A stretch of 64,000 bases of DNA, from positions 186,895,162-186,959,161 of the forward strand of contig NC_133618.1 in NCBI RefSeq assembly GCF_048593235.1. Reading direction: 5' to 3'. Shown piece by piece: positions 27,020-41,112 of this stretch (the first letter of the stretch is position 1; the number at the start of each line of letters is the position of its first letter). The notes beneath the pieces are model-generated. The model ran no database searches. It was not told the DNA's origin and saw only the letters and a list, made by a program, of their open reading frames with translations. The translations under genes were made by a program, and so were the position numbers. The DNA is from Sminthopsis crassicaudata (Eukaryota).

Positions 27020-28834
27020 AGGGAGAATTCTATAAGATCAGTAGTCTAGTTAGAAATATTTATATCATTTGTGTGAAATGCTTTCTTAGACTGCTTCTCT
27101 AATTTGGGGAAATTATTTAACTTCCCATTTCCATAGAGTACAAAAGCAATGTCGTTTACACAAGTAAATGCAAGACCATTGAATAATCAAACATTGAGAT
27201 TCATTCAAATTTAAATCATTATGCTCCCTTAATTTTTTTATCTTTTTTTTCCTTTTGAAACAGTTTAGCGCTCAAGTTTTTGTCTATATACTGAAACTAG
27301 AGAAATTCCATTGAAGGATAATGTAAATAGAAGGAAACAAAAGTACTTTCATGTTTTAACATACATTTCCAAACCCCCAAAGGTGCTAAAGTATCATCTT
27401 TGTGGAAACTTAACAAACCAGAAAAAGATAGGACTTTATATGTGTGTGTGTGCAAATATGCATATACATATATGTACATATGACCATACATAAGCTATTA
27501 TATATGAATTTATATATTATATATTTGTATCTATAAATAAACCAATTTATATAACTGTATGTGTATGTGTGTTTATAACAAGATGAGCCTATACCTTCAC
27601 AGGGCAGAGATCATCTCATAAATGGATATATAGCCATTCTGGGTAAATTTAACATCAGTCCATATAACTTGGCATTCCTCCATGTTATTGGATTTAAGAT
27701 TTGTAGAAATGGTTCATAGAAATTTTGTATTCATTTTTGATAGCCAAGTGCTACATAACAGAGTTTTTTGTTTTCTTTTGTCTGTTCTTTCCCCTAGAAT
27801 TTTAAGAAATCATCCATTCTCTTATTTAAGGGAGGCTGAAACATGAACACCATTAAAACACAAATTAATTAAGTATATTCTTACTTGAAAATTCAGGAAT
27901 ATTCCTGCTAAAAATAAGGTATGTATGTGTTAATAGAAAATTCAGTGAGATCTCAAAAAACAATGACCTTTCAGTACATAATTTGAGACTTAAAGCACCA
28001 TGATAGCTGTGTAAGGACCATCTTTAAATTACCATAAGAAAGAACGTTTTCAGTCTGATAAGTCTGGATACTAAGAACAAAACTATCATACAATCTGCTA
28101 TCCAGATTCCAATTTTTTCAGAAATTCATATTCATTTCTCTGTAGCTTTTTATAAGTCTCACTAGTCCTAATATAGATTAAGTAAATTGCCATTTCTCCC
28201 AAAAAAGGGTGTGTGTGTGTGTATGTGTGTGTGTGAGAGATTGAGTAGCTGCTTTTTGGAGCTGATGCTAAAAGATTTGCTTTTTATACATAACAAGGAA
28301 GGAAGTGCAAGACCAATATATATCAGTCTTCTGTGAGAATTCTTTCCCAAAACTTTTATCCCATTAATCCCCTGAGAGCTTCCTTGACCCTTTCTACCCT
28401 CACATTATTGCTCACCAAACAGGATTTCCATGATGTTCCATTTTTCCTTTCTTTTTCTCAAGACTAATAATAAAGGAGCAAGGAGAAAATAAGAGAAGAT
28501 AGAAAAAGACAATCGGATGAATGTTAGAGAGATAAAAGAATATATACCAAGGAGAAATAGAGGCAAAAGAGTTAAATGTATGAAAGGGAAAGAGATAAAC
28601 CTTTGTATCACCATCCCTGTCCCCCCCCCAAAAAAAAAAAAAAAAAAAACTATTATAAAATTTGAACTGTTTGTCTTCAATAGCATTTTCATTAGCCAAA
28701 ACAACCCTTTACCTCCATGAAACCCTAAGTTTCCTTATTTGCAAACTAGGAGTTTGTACTATATCCTCTCTAAGACTACTTTCCATAAATCTATGAGTTT
28801 ATGACAGAAAGAAGAAAGAAGAAGAGAAAAAAAG

Positions 28835-29459
28835 NNNNNNNNNNNNNNNNNNNNNNNNNNNNNNNNNNNNNNNNNNNNNNNNNNNNNNNNNNNNNNNNNN
28901 NNNNNNNNNNNNNNNNNNNNNNNNNNNNNNNNNNNNNNNNNNNNNNNNNNNNNNNNNNNNNNNNNNNNNNNNNNNNNNNNNNNNNNNNNNNNNNNNNNNN
29001 NNNNNNNNNNNNNNNNNNNNNNNNNNNNNNNNNNNNNNNNNNNNNNNNNNNNNNNNNNNNNNNNNNNNNNNNNNNNNNNNNNNNNNNNNNNNNNNNNNNN
29101 NNNNNNNNNNNNNNNNNNNNNNNNNNNNNNNNNNNNNNNNNNNNNNNNNNNNNNNNNNNNNNNNNNNNNNNNNNNNNNNNNNNNNNNNNNNNNNNNNNNN
29201 NNNNNNNNNNNNNNNNNNNNNNNNNNNNNNNNNNNNNNNNNNNNNNNNNNNNNNNNNNNNNNNNNNNNNNNNNNNNNNNNNNNNNNNNNNNNNNNNNNNN
29301 NNNNNNNNNNNNNNNNNNNNNNNNNNNNNNNNNNNNNNNNNNNNNNNNNNNNNNNNNNNNNNNNNNNNNNNNNNNNNNNNNNNNNNNNNNNNNNNNNNNN
29401 NNNNNNNNNNNNNNNNNNNNNNNNNNNNNNNNNNNNNNNNNNNNNNNNNNNNNNNNNNN
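28835..29459. other. Assembly gap (625 N) next to a GAA-rich repeat
   Basis: N run. Confidence 1.
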
Positions 29460-29949
29460 ATATGAAATATTGTCTATGATTTAAGAGAACAGGTAGCATA
29501 GGCAGAATAGTGTGCCATACAGTAAGGAATGATGGATAATTTATTCTTTAACCCTCATAATACTTGTCCTTGAAAGTTCAAGCTACACTCAAAGGCAATA
29601 ATAGTTTCTTGTTTTTGTTGTTGTTGTAAAAGAATCAAATGATCATATATTTATTGCTGGAAAAGATCTTGAAGGCCATTTAGAAAAAGCCTGCTATATT
29701 ATAGATGAGAAATTGAGGCTAAATGACAAAAAACTTAGATGACTAGTTTAAGGTCCCACTAGTAGTAAATAGCAGAGACTGGATTCAAATTTAGGTCCCT
29801 TGATTTTAAACCCAGTGTCATTTCTATTGTACTGCATTATGACCCTTGCTTTGCCTAAACTGTCAAGGGTTTTAGAATCTTGAGACAGACTCCAAGACTA
29901 CCCATTCTAATTCATACTATATACAAATAGGTGTTCCTTCTGTAGTATC

Positions 29950-30680
29950 TCGTATTAGTTATTCAGAATATATTTGGAAACTTATAGTAAGAGACCACTC
30001 ACTACCCCCCAATGACCAATTCCACTTTTTGATAACTAATTATTAAACAGAACTTTTTTCCCTTTATTGAGCTTAACCTTTCTCTTGCTACTACTTCTAG
30101 AACAAGAAGAAAAGGTTGAATATTCTTTTCATATAAAATTATTCACATATATCCCTCATCCCTCTACTAAATCATCTGATTTCCATGTTAAATATTCCCA
30201 AGTTCTTCAAGTGGGTCTTATGTGACAATTTTATAAGGCCCTTCATAGTCTTTGTTACCCTTTTTATACACTTTTTCCAAATTTTCAATGTTCCTTCTAA
30301 AATGTGGTGCCCAGAACTATTTATAATATTGCAAATATAGTCTGATTATGTCCAAATACAACAGGATGGTCACCTCTTTGTTTCTGGCCACTGTCGCTCT
30401 TAGTGCAGCCTAAATTTACAAGCAATTTTCTTTGCCTACTTTCTTAACTTATTTATTCAAATTAACCTTACAGTCTACTCAAAACATATTCTATTTCACA
30501 TGAATTGTCAATTCTTCCTCTCCCATTCAATACTTATCAAATGATTTTTATTTTTATTTTAACCTAAATATAGAATTTATATTTATCACTATTAAGTTTA
30601 CATTTTATCACAAATTTATATTTGCCACTGCTAAGTTTAATTTTCTAGATTGTTAAGATGTTTTAAACCCCAATGTTACT
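29950..30680 (-). mobile_element. CR1/L3 LINE fragment
   Basis: Contains aaatgtggtgcccagaact...tatagtctgatt...ggtcacctctttgtttctgg...gtgcagcctaa, typical of mammalian L3 in reverse orientation; boundaries approximate. Confidence 0.6.
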
Positions 30681-30689
30681 ATTCACTAA

Positions 30690-31044
30690 ATCATTCAATC
30701 ATGTTTAAGAGCTTGGAGAGAACAGAGCATTGTGCTATGCAATTGGAGCTTTTAATTGGAGATAATATTCCTGATCTCATGGAGTTTTCAGTCTTACAGT
30801 GAAACAAAGCACCAACACAAATAACTATGATATATAATGTTCTTAGGGAAAGGTAAGTGCTTCAATGGCTAAAGTACCAAGCTTTGAGTCAGGAAGAGCT
30901 AAGTTCAAATCCAACCTCAGACATTTATTAGATGTTTAGAGTGTCAGAAAGAGGATTAGGTTTAGATTAAAAGATAATACACTTAGTTTTGGTTATATTG
31001 AATTTGGAGTGCCAGTGAGATATCCAAATATACATATATGTGTA

Positions 31045-31075
<31 letters not shown>

Positions 31076-32330
31076 GTGTTTGTGTGTGTGCATGTGCACA
31101 CTAAGGCAGTTAGAGATGAGTGTGGAATTAAAAGGTCAAGACAGAGATAGCAATTTAGGACAGATGTTCACAGAAGTGGCATTTGAAGCCACAGCAATGA
31201 ATGAGATTGCTAAAGGATAATAGAAGAGAAGAGGGCCAAAGAACAGACAGTTCTACTCAGTTTTATCCCCTTGATGATTGGAAGCAACACCCTCCTTCTT
31301 TGCAACCCAAGCACTAAGAATACCTTTCAAAGGACAGGCTAATTTTGAATGAAGGGGTCTTCTTTCCTATTAACAAACAAAAAGTTGCTTTTCCGAATCT
31401 ATTTCTAAGTTATGTTGGAGAAAATTTTTCTTGAGGCGTGTTATTCTAACTGAAGCTGAGTAGGAAAGGATTCTCCATTCCAAATAGCTAGAAGGTGACT
31501 TATTCTCAGGTGATAATTTATGGCAATCCCAAGGATGACTGATCAGGCAGGCCCTTAACAGTGAATAATGAGGAAGCAGAAAAATAAAAGATAGTCCATT
31601 CTTTTTAAGGAGTCCAACATCAAAAGAGAAGAAAGATGGGATAGGAGAATAATCATATAAAAATATCAGAGCAAAGACTAATTCATTCAGAGAGACAAAA
31701 TTGTTTATAAATAAAAGGAAAGAAATTAATAGCACAAAGGATATACATGTATAAAAATGTATGAGAGAAAGAAGGTGACTATTGAATAAGATTCTGGAGG
31801 AAGCTAAAAAGAACCTGTTCAACAGAAGATACCTCTTTTGGGACTAAAGCATAAGAGAAGAGAAGAGGATATTTCTGATAAGTTTAGGGGAAATATAAAA
31901 TGAAGAAATGAAGAAGGTTAAGAAATTTAACCTTCCTTGATTTCAGTTTTCTCTTTGAAGTATAAATGAGATCCTATGCTATAAATATGGGTCAAGATGC
32001 AAGTAAAGAGGAAGAAAGCAAACAGAACTATGGCCAATAGAAGAGAAAACCAGTAAGATTAGAGAATAAAGATTGTTAAGCAGGAGCAAGAATATAGTAG
32101 AAATTATTCATCATGAAAATATGATGAATAAAACTAACTAAATTTCATGATTTTCTCCAGCAATTCTTAGCGGTCAAGATCAAAAATAAAAAACCCAAAT
32201 AAACCAAATCAAGTAAGAAATCAAAGATGACGGTAACCCATACATGAACATTTTACCTTTTTGGAATGAGAAATTCCAATGAAGGAGATATTCATTGACA
32301 AAACTGTTGAATAATAGAGAGAGACAAAGA
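30690..32330 (-). mobile_element. Ancient L2 fragments with nested MIR and (TG)n
   Basis: Purine-rich degenerate L2 antisense motifs (gagatgagtgtggaatt; aatgagattgctaaagg; gaagagaagagggcc); boundaries approximate. Confidence 0.55.
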
Positions 32331-35300
32331 TAATGCAGTTTAGTTAGCTATCCATCCAAGTTTCCAATAATTCACCACTATTTGTTTTTCCAAATTATTC
32401 TTAGTCATTATGATACGATAGGGATAAGAATTGTGTCTTTAATGTTCACTGATGTAAAGAATTCTCAGACGAAGAAGCAAAACTCCATTTACTAGTGAAG
32501 ATCAGAATCACATCTTAAAGACTTAAAAAGCTGTCTAAAACACTGAGAAGTTAAGTGATTGCTCAGAATATAACTAATATGTTTCAGAGATTAGTAGATT
32601 TCAGAAGAATGCAAATCTTCATGGCTCAAAGACCAGTTCTCTATCTGCTGTGCTATACTATCTCTCTTGCAATTTTAAAGCTTCCACTTAACCCCATCTT
32701 TTCCAAAAGTATATTATTATTTAATTAAATGTCATGCTAAAAATCCATATATCTGTAACATTTCTTCAATCCTTAGTATGGTAATCTTGTCAAAAAGAGA
32801 AATGAAGTTAGTTTAGCATAATTTTCCTTTATGAATCCATGTTAGGTTGTGACAACCACCATTTCCTTTCCTAAATGCTCCAAACTGCTACTTTAATAAA
32901 GAATTCCAAAGTATCCATTGTTTCCCTTGTTTTCCAACACAATTTTTAAGATGTCACAATCTCTTCATCCCAAGATTCCTATCAACTTTACTTCAGCACC
33001 CAGTTCTTCCTTTCTGCTCAGATTATGGCCCCAAGTAGTAGCATTTGATATTCTTGTTCTTTACTACAAAACCAACCATACTCTTGATCCACCTTGCCCA
33101 TCCAATTATATTCCCAACTATCCTTACATAAATTCTTGTGCTTTTTTTAGGTGAAGCTTTCTCTAATCTTCTACATGCTACAACTTTGCTTATGGTGCTT
33201 TTACCAGCTTTAGCACCTTCCTTCCTCTTCTGTCCCTATTCAAATTTATCTATCCTTCAAGACCCAGCTCAAATCCTACAAAAGCTTTCCTGATTATTCC
33301 TGTTCACATTGATTACTCCATCACCAAAGTCCCACAGAAATGATGCCTTGCATAAATGTAAGGAATTATATATAATCTCTTCATTTTAAAGATAAAAGGG
33401 TTGAGGCCTAGAGAGGTTAAATGAAATTCTCCTTCCTCTTTCATTTTTTTCACTCATGTCATTTAATTTATCTCATCCTCATTTTTAAAAATATAAACAA
33501 ATTAATGAATTCAACATTAATCTGCTATTTTGGCACACTTTTTAACACATATCTTTTTAGGTTAATATTTTGAATTCCAGGCAGATTTGTAGAATGAAAA
33601 TAGAAGTAGAATTAGAATAAGGAGAAAGCTGGACTCAAATCTTCATTCCATATCAGGAAAGACCTTATCTATGTAATGGCTGCTGAGGAAAGTAAATTGT
33701 CATTGGCTAGTTTCCAAAATTAAATTATTCTTGCTAACTAAAGGCTTAAAAGTACTATTAGTGCCCCTATTCCCAAATTTCAGTTCCCAAAGGTAACCAC
33801 TCTTTTTACAGCTTTGGTCATGTCTTTCTGATTCCTTTGATCTCTAAAATTAGTAATACAGATTCTATGATCTCTAAAATCCCTTCTGGATTAAAAATTT
33901 TACATTTCTAATAAGAATTCAAATCATATTGAAGATCTCTTGTACCTGAACTATTTCCCTACTTTTTAGCCTTATAGTACAGCTATTTCTGGAAAAAAAA
34001 TTAAGTATGTGAACTTACAAATTGAAGTATATAATCTATCATCATCCTGTGTTGGCCACCAAACATGTGTCGTCAGAAATTTTATTTTTTTTTTATTTTA
34101 ACTAGTTTCAGTTAGTTTCCTTCTTTTTTCTCTATGAAAATAATAAATAAATAAATGATGGCTATTAGAAATTGGACAAAGAAGTTTCTAATGTTCCAAA
34201 TCATCCTGAACAAGCGTATCTGAGTTGATAAACACACAAGAGTCTATGATGCCAACATTCTAATTTTCTCCTTTCCATCTCATTCTGGTATATCCCATGG
34301 CTCACCTAAATGTCAAGAGCTAAGAGGATAAAGTGCCTCATTAACAAACTGAAAAATAACAAAGCTAACATCATAGCATTCCAGAGCCAGATGAAACCAT
34401 AAAGTTAAGGTCATTTCCCCCCAAAATGTGCATTTTAAGATGACAAAAAATTAGACCAAAGAGGTGAAAACATTTGTACAAGGTTACATAGCTAATTAGA
34501 GTCAGACTAGAATAGAAAAACCACTGGACTTTGAGACATCAGAGCTTTAAAGATTTAAAAAGTTTAAATCCCTGCTCTGATATTACTTGTGTGACTTTGA
34601 ATAAATTGTTTATTTCCTCATCTATAAAATGAAGATTTGAACTAGATAATATCTAAGGTCTCTTTCAGTTCTGAATCCTATGCTCTTAGAATCAATGTTG
34701 ACTTCCATTTTTCCACTCCTTATAGACTCTAAGGTTAGAATAGTTCTTTGCTATTTTTAATTCTAATAATACTTTTCCACTAATGCCCTTTCTGTTTTTA
34801 TTTTAAGCAAAATACATTGCATATTTCCTTTTAAACAAATGAACATTGATTCAGCATCATTGCTGATAAGTAATACATGCATTGATGAGAGAGGGAAGTG
34901 TGGAAATTAAAGTAAAGAAAAAACAAGAATCAACAACAACTTATTTTATTTATATTGCAAAATGCATAAAACGTTTTTTTTAAAATTGCTCTCTGGGCAA
35001 ATTTCTTTTACCTTCCTCTTTAATATAAAAGTAATTTTTAAAAATTCTGTCTAAAAGTGTTTGATTAAATACCAATGATTCAGAGTATACCCCTCTTGAC
35101 TAAAATGCCGTTTTTGAAGTAAGTGAAAAATGAGGCATGCATACTCAATTTCTAATTCCATCTATCAATTCATAGACTAAGAGAGCTAAAAGGCACCTTA
35201 TTTTACAGATGAGGAAGCTGAGACTTGTAGAGATGAAGGCAATTGCCTAAGGTCACAAAGTTAGTTTATCAGATATAGACAAAACAGACAAATAAACAAA

Positions 35301-38300
35301 AAACTGAGTATGAGCACCAAAAAACCTAGCTTTGAATCTTGTCTTTCCCACTTACTAGATTTACTGACAAGATTTACTAAACTAAACCAAGACCCTGCAT
35401 CTCAATTTTCTCACCTGTAAAATGAGAGGGTTAATTTTAGCAAATGTAAAGTTTTGGTCAATCCAATAGACATATGTAAGGTTATTATTCTATAGAAAAC
35501 ACAGTACTAGGGCCTAGTGAGAAAGTACATGCCTAGAATTCTTGCTATTCAGGAGGCTGAGGCTAGTGAATCAATTAACCTTGGGAGTTCTAAATTGCAG
35601 TCAGGGTTAAAAGAAGTGGAATAAGCATTTATATAGGGCTTATTCTGTGCCAAGAACTCTTTAAGTGCTTCTTACCAATATTATCTCATTGGATTCTAAT
35701 AAAAATCCTTACTTATCTGCTTGTCTGCACCAGGTCTGCAACAATATATATGGACCCAGCCTGCCTAAGGTGGAATGAGCCATCTCAAATCAGAAACAAG
35801 AGCAAATCTAAACATCCATGTTGATCAACAGTGGGCTCATCTTTCTTATCTATCATTCTAGGCTGCCTTCTGAAAAATTATATACTAAGAATTGTGCTAA
35901 GTGATATGAGAGGATGTCTAAAAGAAATAATCCCTGCCCTTGGAGAACTCTGTTCAGGGAGATTAGATTATGAGCTCCTTGAGGACAGGAAATTGCCTGC
36001 TGCATTTGACATGTCTTTTTTGAAATTGCCTTTTTCCCCCCTTTCTTTGTATGTCTAGGGTTTGGCACAGTGCCTTAAACATAGCAGGCAATTAATGACT
36101 GCTGACTTCAAAGAATGCAGAATAAAACAAGAAATGATATGGCTTTAGAACTAAAGGACCTTGGTTGGAAATCCCAGTTCTAAAGCCAACTATGAACTAT
36201 ACCATGGAACTTCTCCAACATAATAATAACCTTTAATTATATAATGCTTTAAAATTTGGAAAGCATTTTACCCACACTATCTCATGTTATTTAAATACAT
36301 CATAGACCCTGGCTTCTTGGATTTTTAGTCTTCCAGCTAAAGGTTGCATAATTAAATTTTCTGGCTCATTGCTGGACTAGATCTCCTAGATATTAGCCCA
36401 GCATTCTTCCTATTCAGATACAATTTTCTTATTAGAAAAACATTCCCAAAAGGAACCTTGCTTCCTATGAAAATGACTAATTTAACATTCAAAGGAAGGA
36501 AGAGACCTTGAGATTAATTTCAAGGACTAAAAAGTACATAAACTGACTGAGGAAGGATGAGATCCCCCTCTGCTCACTCTTGCTTAAGGGCTCTGTGGTC
36601 TCTTCAGTTTAATGTGAAACTCTGCTATGATTTACTGCCTTGAAAAATGAGGAAGTCTGCTGCATTTGACATGTCTTTTTTGAAACATGGAATATTTAAA
36701 ATTCATACCCCAAACTTAATGTATAGATAGATCACATCTTTTTTTATGACTTCACTGATGTAATAAGACCCTTGTAATATCTCACAGGGTATGTTTTATT
36801 CCTCCTAATGTATATCATGTGAAGATTAAGAGGCAATATTATTGCCTTCAAAATGACCTGCTATTTCCTGGAAACAGTAATTTGCTGGACCTGTCCTTGT
36901 CACTGGCATAAGTATAATGCCTTTAATAATCTCCCATTCACTAAGTGATGTGTTTGCATCAAAAAGATGGATCTGGTTTGAGCAAGCCTTAAAAACCTTA
37001 ATAGCTTATTCTTTCAGCACCACCTAGAGGTCTCCCAGAACCAGTAGAAAGCAATGAAAATATTTTTCCCTTTCTTCAAAAAATAAAAATAATAAAAAAC
37101 AGAGAAAGTGAGAGATCTTAGATTAATACTACTAAAGGTATTATTACCTCTGAAGCCTTACTCTAAAAGCAAGGCAAATAAAATACGGCCTTTCTTTCTG
37201 AGCAGGCAGGAATGAGATTGAACTTTGTGGACTGAGGAAAAGATGCTCACTAAAACAAAGGAAGCCATTAAAAAGTCCAAACATTAAAAAGTGCCAGCCT
37301 TCAGTTGGCCTCGGGAAGGCTTTGATACTGAGTGCTCTTTCAAGCAAACAGGGCTTACATCAAAGATGATTCAAGGGAAGCAGGTGCTTAGAGAAAAAGC
37401 CGAGCCAGGCCAGCCCAGGCCAGCCTGGTCTATTATCCTGACAGCCAAGGAAGAAACTTTAGAACTTTCATTCAGCATGACCAACTGACATCTTATCTGG
37501 CCTTTGGAGAAGTCAGCCACACAGTGTGCTATGAGGAGTGCCCAGAAAGGGAGGCTAAGGTTTATTTTAGTCCCTTTGGCATCTCTAGCTATGGCTTTAA
37601 AAGATCCCCACTCACCATGTTAAGTATTTCAAGGCAAATAATGTCATGTGTATTTGTGGCTGGTCTCATGTATCAAATATCTGATAAATATAAACCAGGT
37701 ATTGGTGGCAGATTTTATACTGGAGTAATTAACATTATTTTATGTTTTATTAGGATAGTAAAACATGATAAAAGAAGGATACTGTAAACAAACAGGACAG
37801 AATGCTAATTTTATTATTTATAATTTTTAAAATGTCTTGCTTCTTCCAGGAAGCTTCTTTTTCTCCTAGATTGTTGTTGTTCTTGTTGTTTAAAAAACAA
37901 AAGTTTGAATGGAATAATAATTGTTAACATTTGCATACCATCTTAAAATTTGCAAAAAATATTTTATATACATTTTCCCATTTGATCTGAATCCACTCAA
38001 TCTCCTTTTCCACAGATCTATGTACTAAAATAAATGTTTATAAAATAAATATCAGAAACAGGGAAAGAGAAACACACAGCACACACACATACAGAGCTAC
38101 ATGCAAATAGAACTGTTGAGCCTGTGTGAAGAAATACAGGAAAAAATGAGAAATTACTAGATAGAGGCTGTCTTTCTAGAATCAATATACTCATAAGGGA
38201 ATTTTGAGGAAATGATTAAGAAGGAAACCTCTTTACTCTTTCTGTATAACTTTGGGGGAGGTGGGCAAGAAATGCAGAAAATGTATGTGTAATAGGGACT

Positions 38301-40122
38301 CATAGTCAGAAATTTTCTCTCAATCTTCCACTAAGTTGGTAGAGCTGATTGGTTATGACTTCTAATCTGATGAGGGAAACAGTAAGTAATAGCTTATTGT
38401 GGTATTCACTATAGCTAACAATTTGAATGTTCAGCTGTTTGCCCTGAGGCCTTCATGTTTGGAGTCTTCATGGGTGTGAGGGTTGCAAAATAAAGCTCCA
38501 GAGCCCTCCATTTCTCCTAGTCTTGTATTTGTCTATTGCTCAATCTGACATCTAGTCCAAATAAATCAGATCATCTAGTCCCTCTATCTTATATGAGAAG
38601 CAATGAAAGTGCAAAAAATTTGAAGTGAACGTCACAAAGTTAGTTAGCGGCAAAGCTGGGACTTGTATTTCTGTCTCCTAATTCCCATGTGCATCATTCC
38701 TGCATCTCTTATCACTGACTGGTTGAATTTAAATAGTATCAGTTCAGCCAGTGACACAGTGTTTGGTAAAAATTGGGGGCATAGTGTATTAGATTGCATA
38801 TAATTTTGTACCTGATTCACATTGAGAGTAATATATGGGGAGAAAAATTAGAGAGAATGGAACATTAACAAAGATTTATCCCTGCATCTTTAAAAAATAT
38901 TTAGAAATGCATAATGATAAAAATATTCATATTCATATTCATTATAGTATTAAGATATTCCCTCTGCAAATATTTCAGAGGCCCCCAAACACAGAATCTG
39001 TGGAAGACTTTCATTTGTGGATACACAGCCCAGTCAATTTCTCCTTACTTAATAAATGGATTGAATAGATGAAATAAAAGCCCATCTCACAATATGCATT
39101 TATAATGAACTTTCCTTATTGGCCTTCTTGTCACAAGGCTACAAATATTATTTTTTTTGTATTATCATCATTGTCAACGTACTTGTTTTATGGAATCAAT
39201 TTATAAAGCTATTTACCAATTTTACATAAGTTATTACAGTTTATGTGTGGATTTCTACTGCATTCCCAATCCAAATCATTTCATAGAGAAAATATTTGTT
39301 AATATGAAAGTTATATGCTAATTATTTTAAAACTAATTGTATTTGGTTTTAAAGCATGAGTTTCAAGAACATATTGAAATTCTGGACTCTTAAGAAAAAT
39401 ATTTTAGAAGACTCTCCCTAATATTTTTTATTATACTTGTAGCTAAAATTTTGTAAATGGTTACATTTTAAATTATTTAGTCTACTTTAAAATTAACTAG
39501 TGGTAATACTTTTGTTAAATAACAACTCCTGAATATCTCTAATTTTTTTTCATGCCAAGATCATTTAAAATGACAAATATCTACAGTTATAAAAGAAACA
39601 GATCACTATCCAAAAGATCTCGTGACTCAAACATACTGCTGCAGTTATATCTAAGCTGATAGACTCTTCCTATGCTGAAGAAAAGTAGTTCCTCCAAAAT
39701 ATCTGTCTACAGGAATATGGATCATTCTATAATCACATGCACATTTCAGTCGTAGCTATTAGAGAAAGTAAAGATGTGGATGGAGTGACTTCAAAGTGAT
39801 TTTCTTCATGAATGACTAAAGATATCCTTAATGAACATACTTTTAGAAAATATGAAATATTTAATTCAACTGAAAATTTTACAAAGCTGTTTATCACTTA
39901 TTGTAGCTGAAAGTGCTAAACTGCATAAACATAGTTAAAAATCTATGAGATTTCATGAGTTTTAGCCATATTTATGAATCTAAGTGAGTCTGTCTGAGGA
40001 AATACCATAGGCATTTCAACTGACTTATTTCAGGCTGCTAAAGTGGCATAACAGAATGCTAGATTTAGAATAAGAAAAACGAGTTAAAATTCTACTTCAG
40101 ATACTTACTAGCTACCTGGATT

Positions 40123-40713
40123 TGTTAGGATTCTTACAAGGTGCTAAGTCACTTGAATGGATAGAGACAATAGTTATCTAATTTAGCATAGTTCAGTATG
40201 ATTGATGAGATGTTATGGGCCAGAATTTGAGACAAGGTAATGTACTTAGTTCATACCTTTAAAGGAGTTCACTCATTGGTTCACACATTAGACTTCACAC
40301 CTTTAGAGAACATATAGAAGGAGGAAAGGAAAAGCCTGCTCTTGGACTTTGGGAGATTCACAACTAGGATTGACTTCTGGAAGATTCACAAGCCCAGAGA
40401 AACCCACAAACCTACTCTCTGGGAGGAGGAGTCAAGATTCATTCTAATTTCCACCATTGTTCTGGCTGGAGACATTGGGAAGACAAGAAACTCTTGGGAA
40501 CCAAGGAGAGACATAGGCCTCTATTAAAGCTAACCAGGCCCAGGAAAAGCTTCGGGACTTTGAAGAACACAGTAAAGGATCTGGACTTTAACTCCTGGCT
40601 GCATTTGAGGTGATTATTGAAACTGAACTGAAATGAAGACTGCCCCCAGAAGCTCCCCAAGAAACCTGCTCCAAGAGAAAGATTATATTTTAGAGAAAAG
40701 AACATTAATTACA
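40123..40713 (+). mobile_element. Solo LTR, 591 bp, inserted in a MIR-like SINE
   Basis: TG...CA termini; TSD TGGA(T/C)T at 40117-40122 and 40714-40719; homologous to 5245-5848 (shared gatagagacaatagttatctaat, ggactttaactcctggct). Strand tentative. Confidence 0.78.
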
Positions 40714-41025
40714 TGGACTCTTCAAACTTCAATTTCCTTATCTATGAAATGAAGATATAAATAGAATGTATCTTCCAAGGTTGTTGTGAAGATCAATATA
40801 AAGGGTTTTGCAAATCTTAAGAAACTACAAAAATTCTAGATATCATTTAATTTATATCTTAATTCATACATTTTAGTTCTCTCACAATTCTGAGTCTGTT
40901 TGCTAAAACTAATTTACATAATTGATTTATTATAACTTTAAACTATTCTGTATTTTGAAGCAATAAAAATATTCTTTCTTTCTGGCTCTCAATGTCTCTT
41001 TTCTTTCCTCTATAAATGTTATAAA

Positions 41026-41037
41026 TGTGTGTGTGTG

Positions 41038-41089
<52 letters not shown>

Positions 41090-41112
41090 ACATACACACA
41101 CACATACACACA
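41026..41112. repeat. Compound (TG)n-(TC)n-(CA)n microsatellite
   Basis: Read directly. Confidence 0.95.

Noticed and set aside
31370-31822. 150-codon hydrophobic minus-strand ORF
   Set aside because: Reverse reading of purine-rich decayed repeat sequence; low-complexity F/L/S composition.
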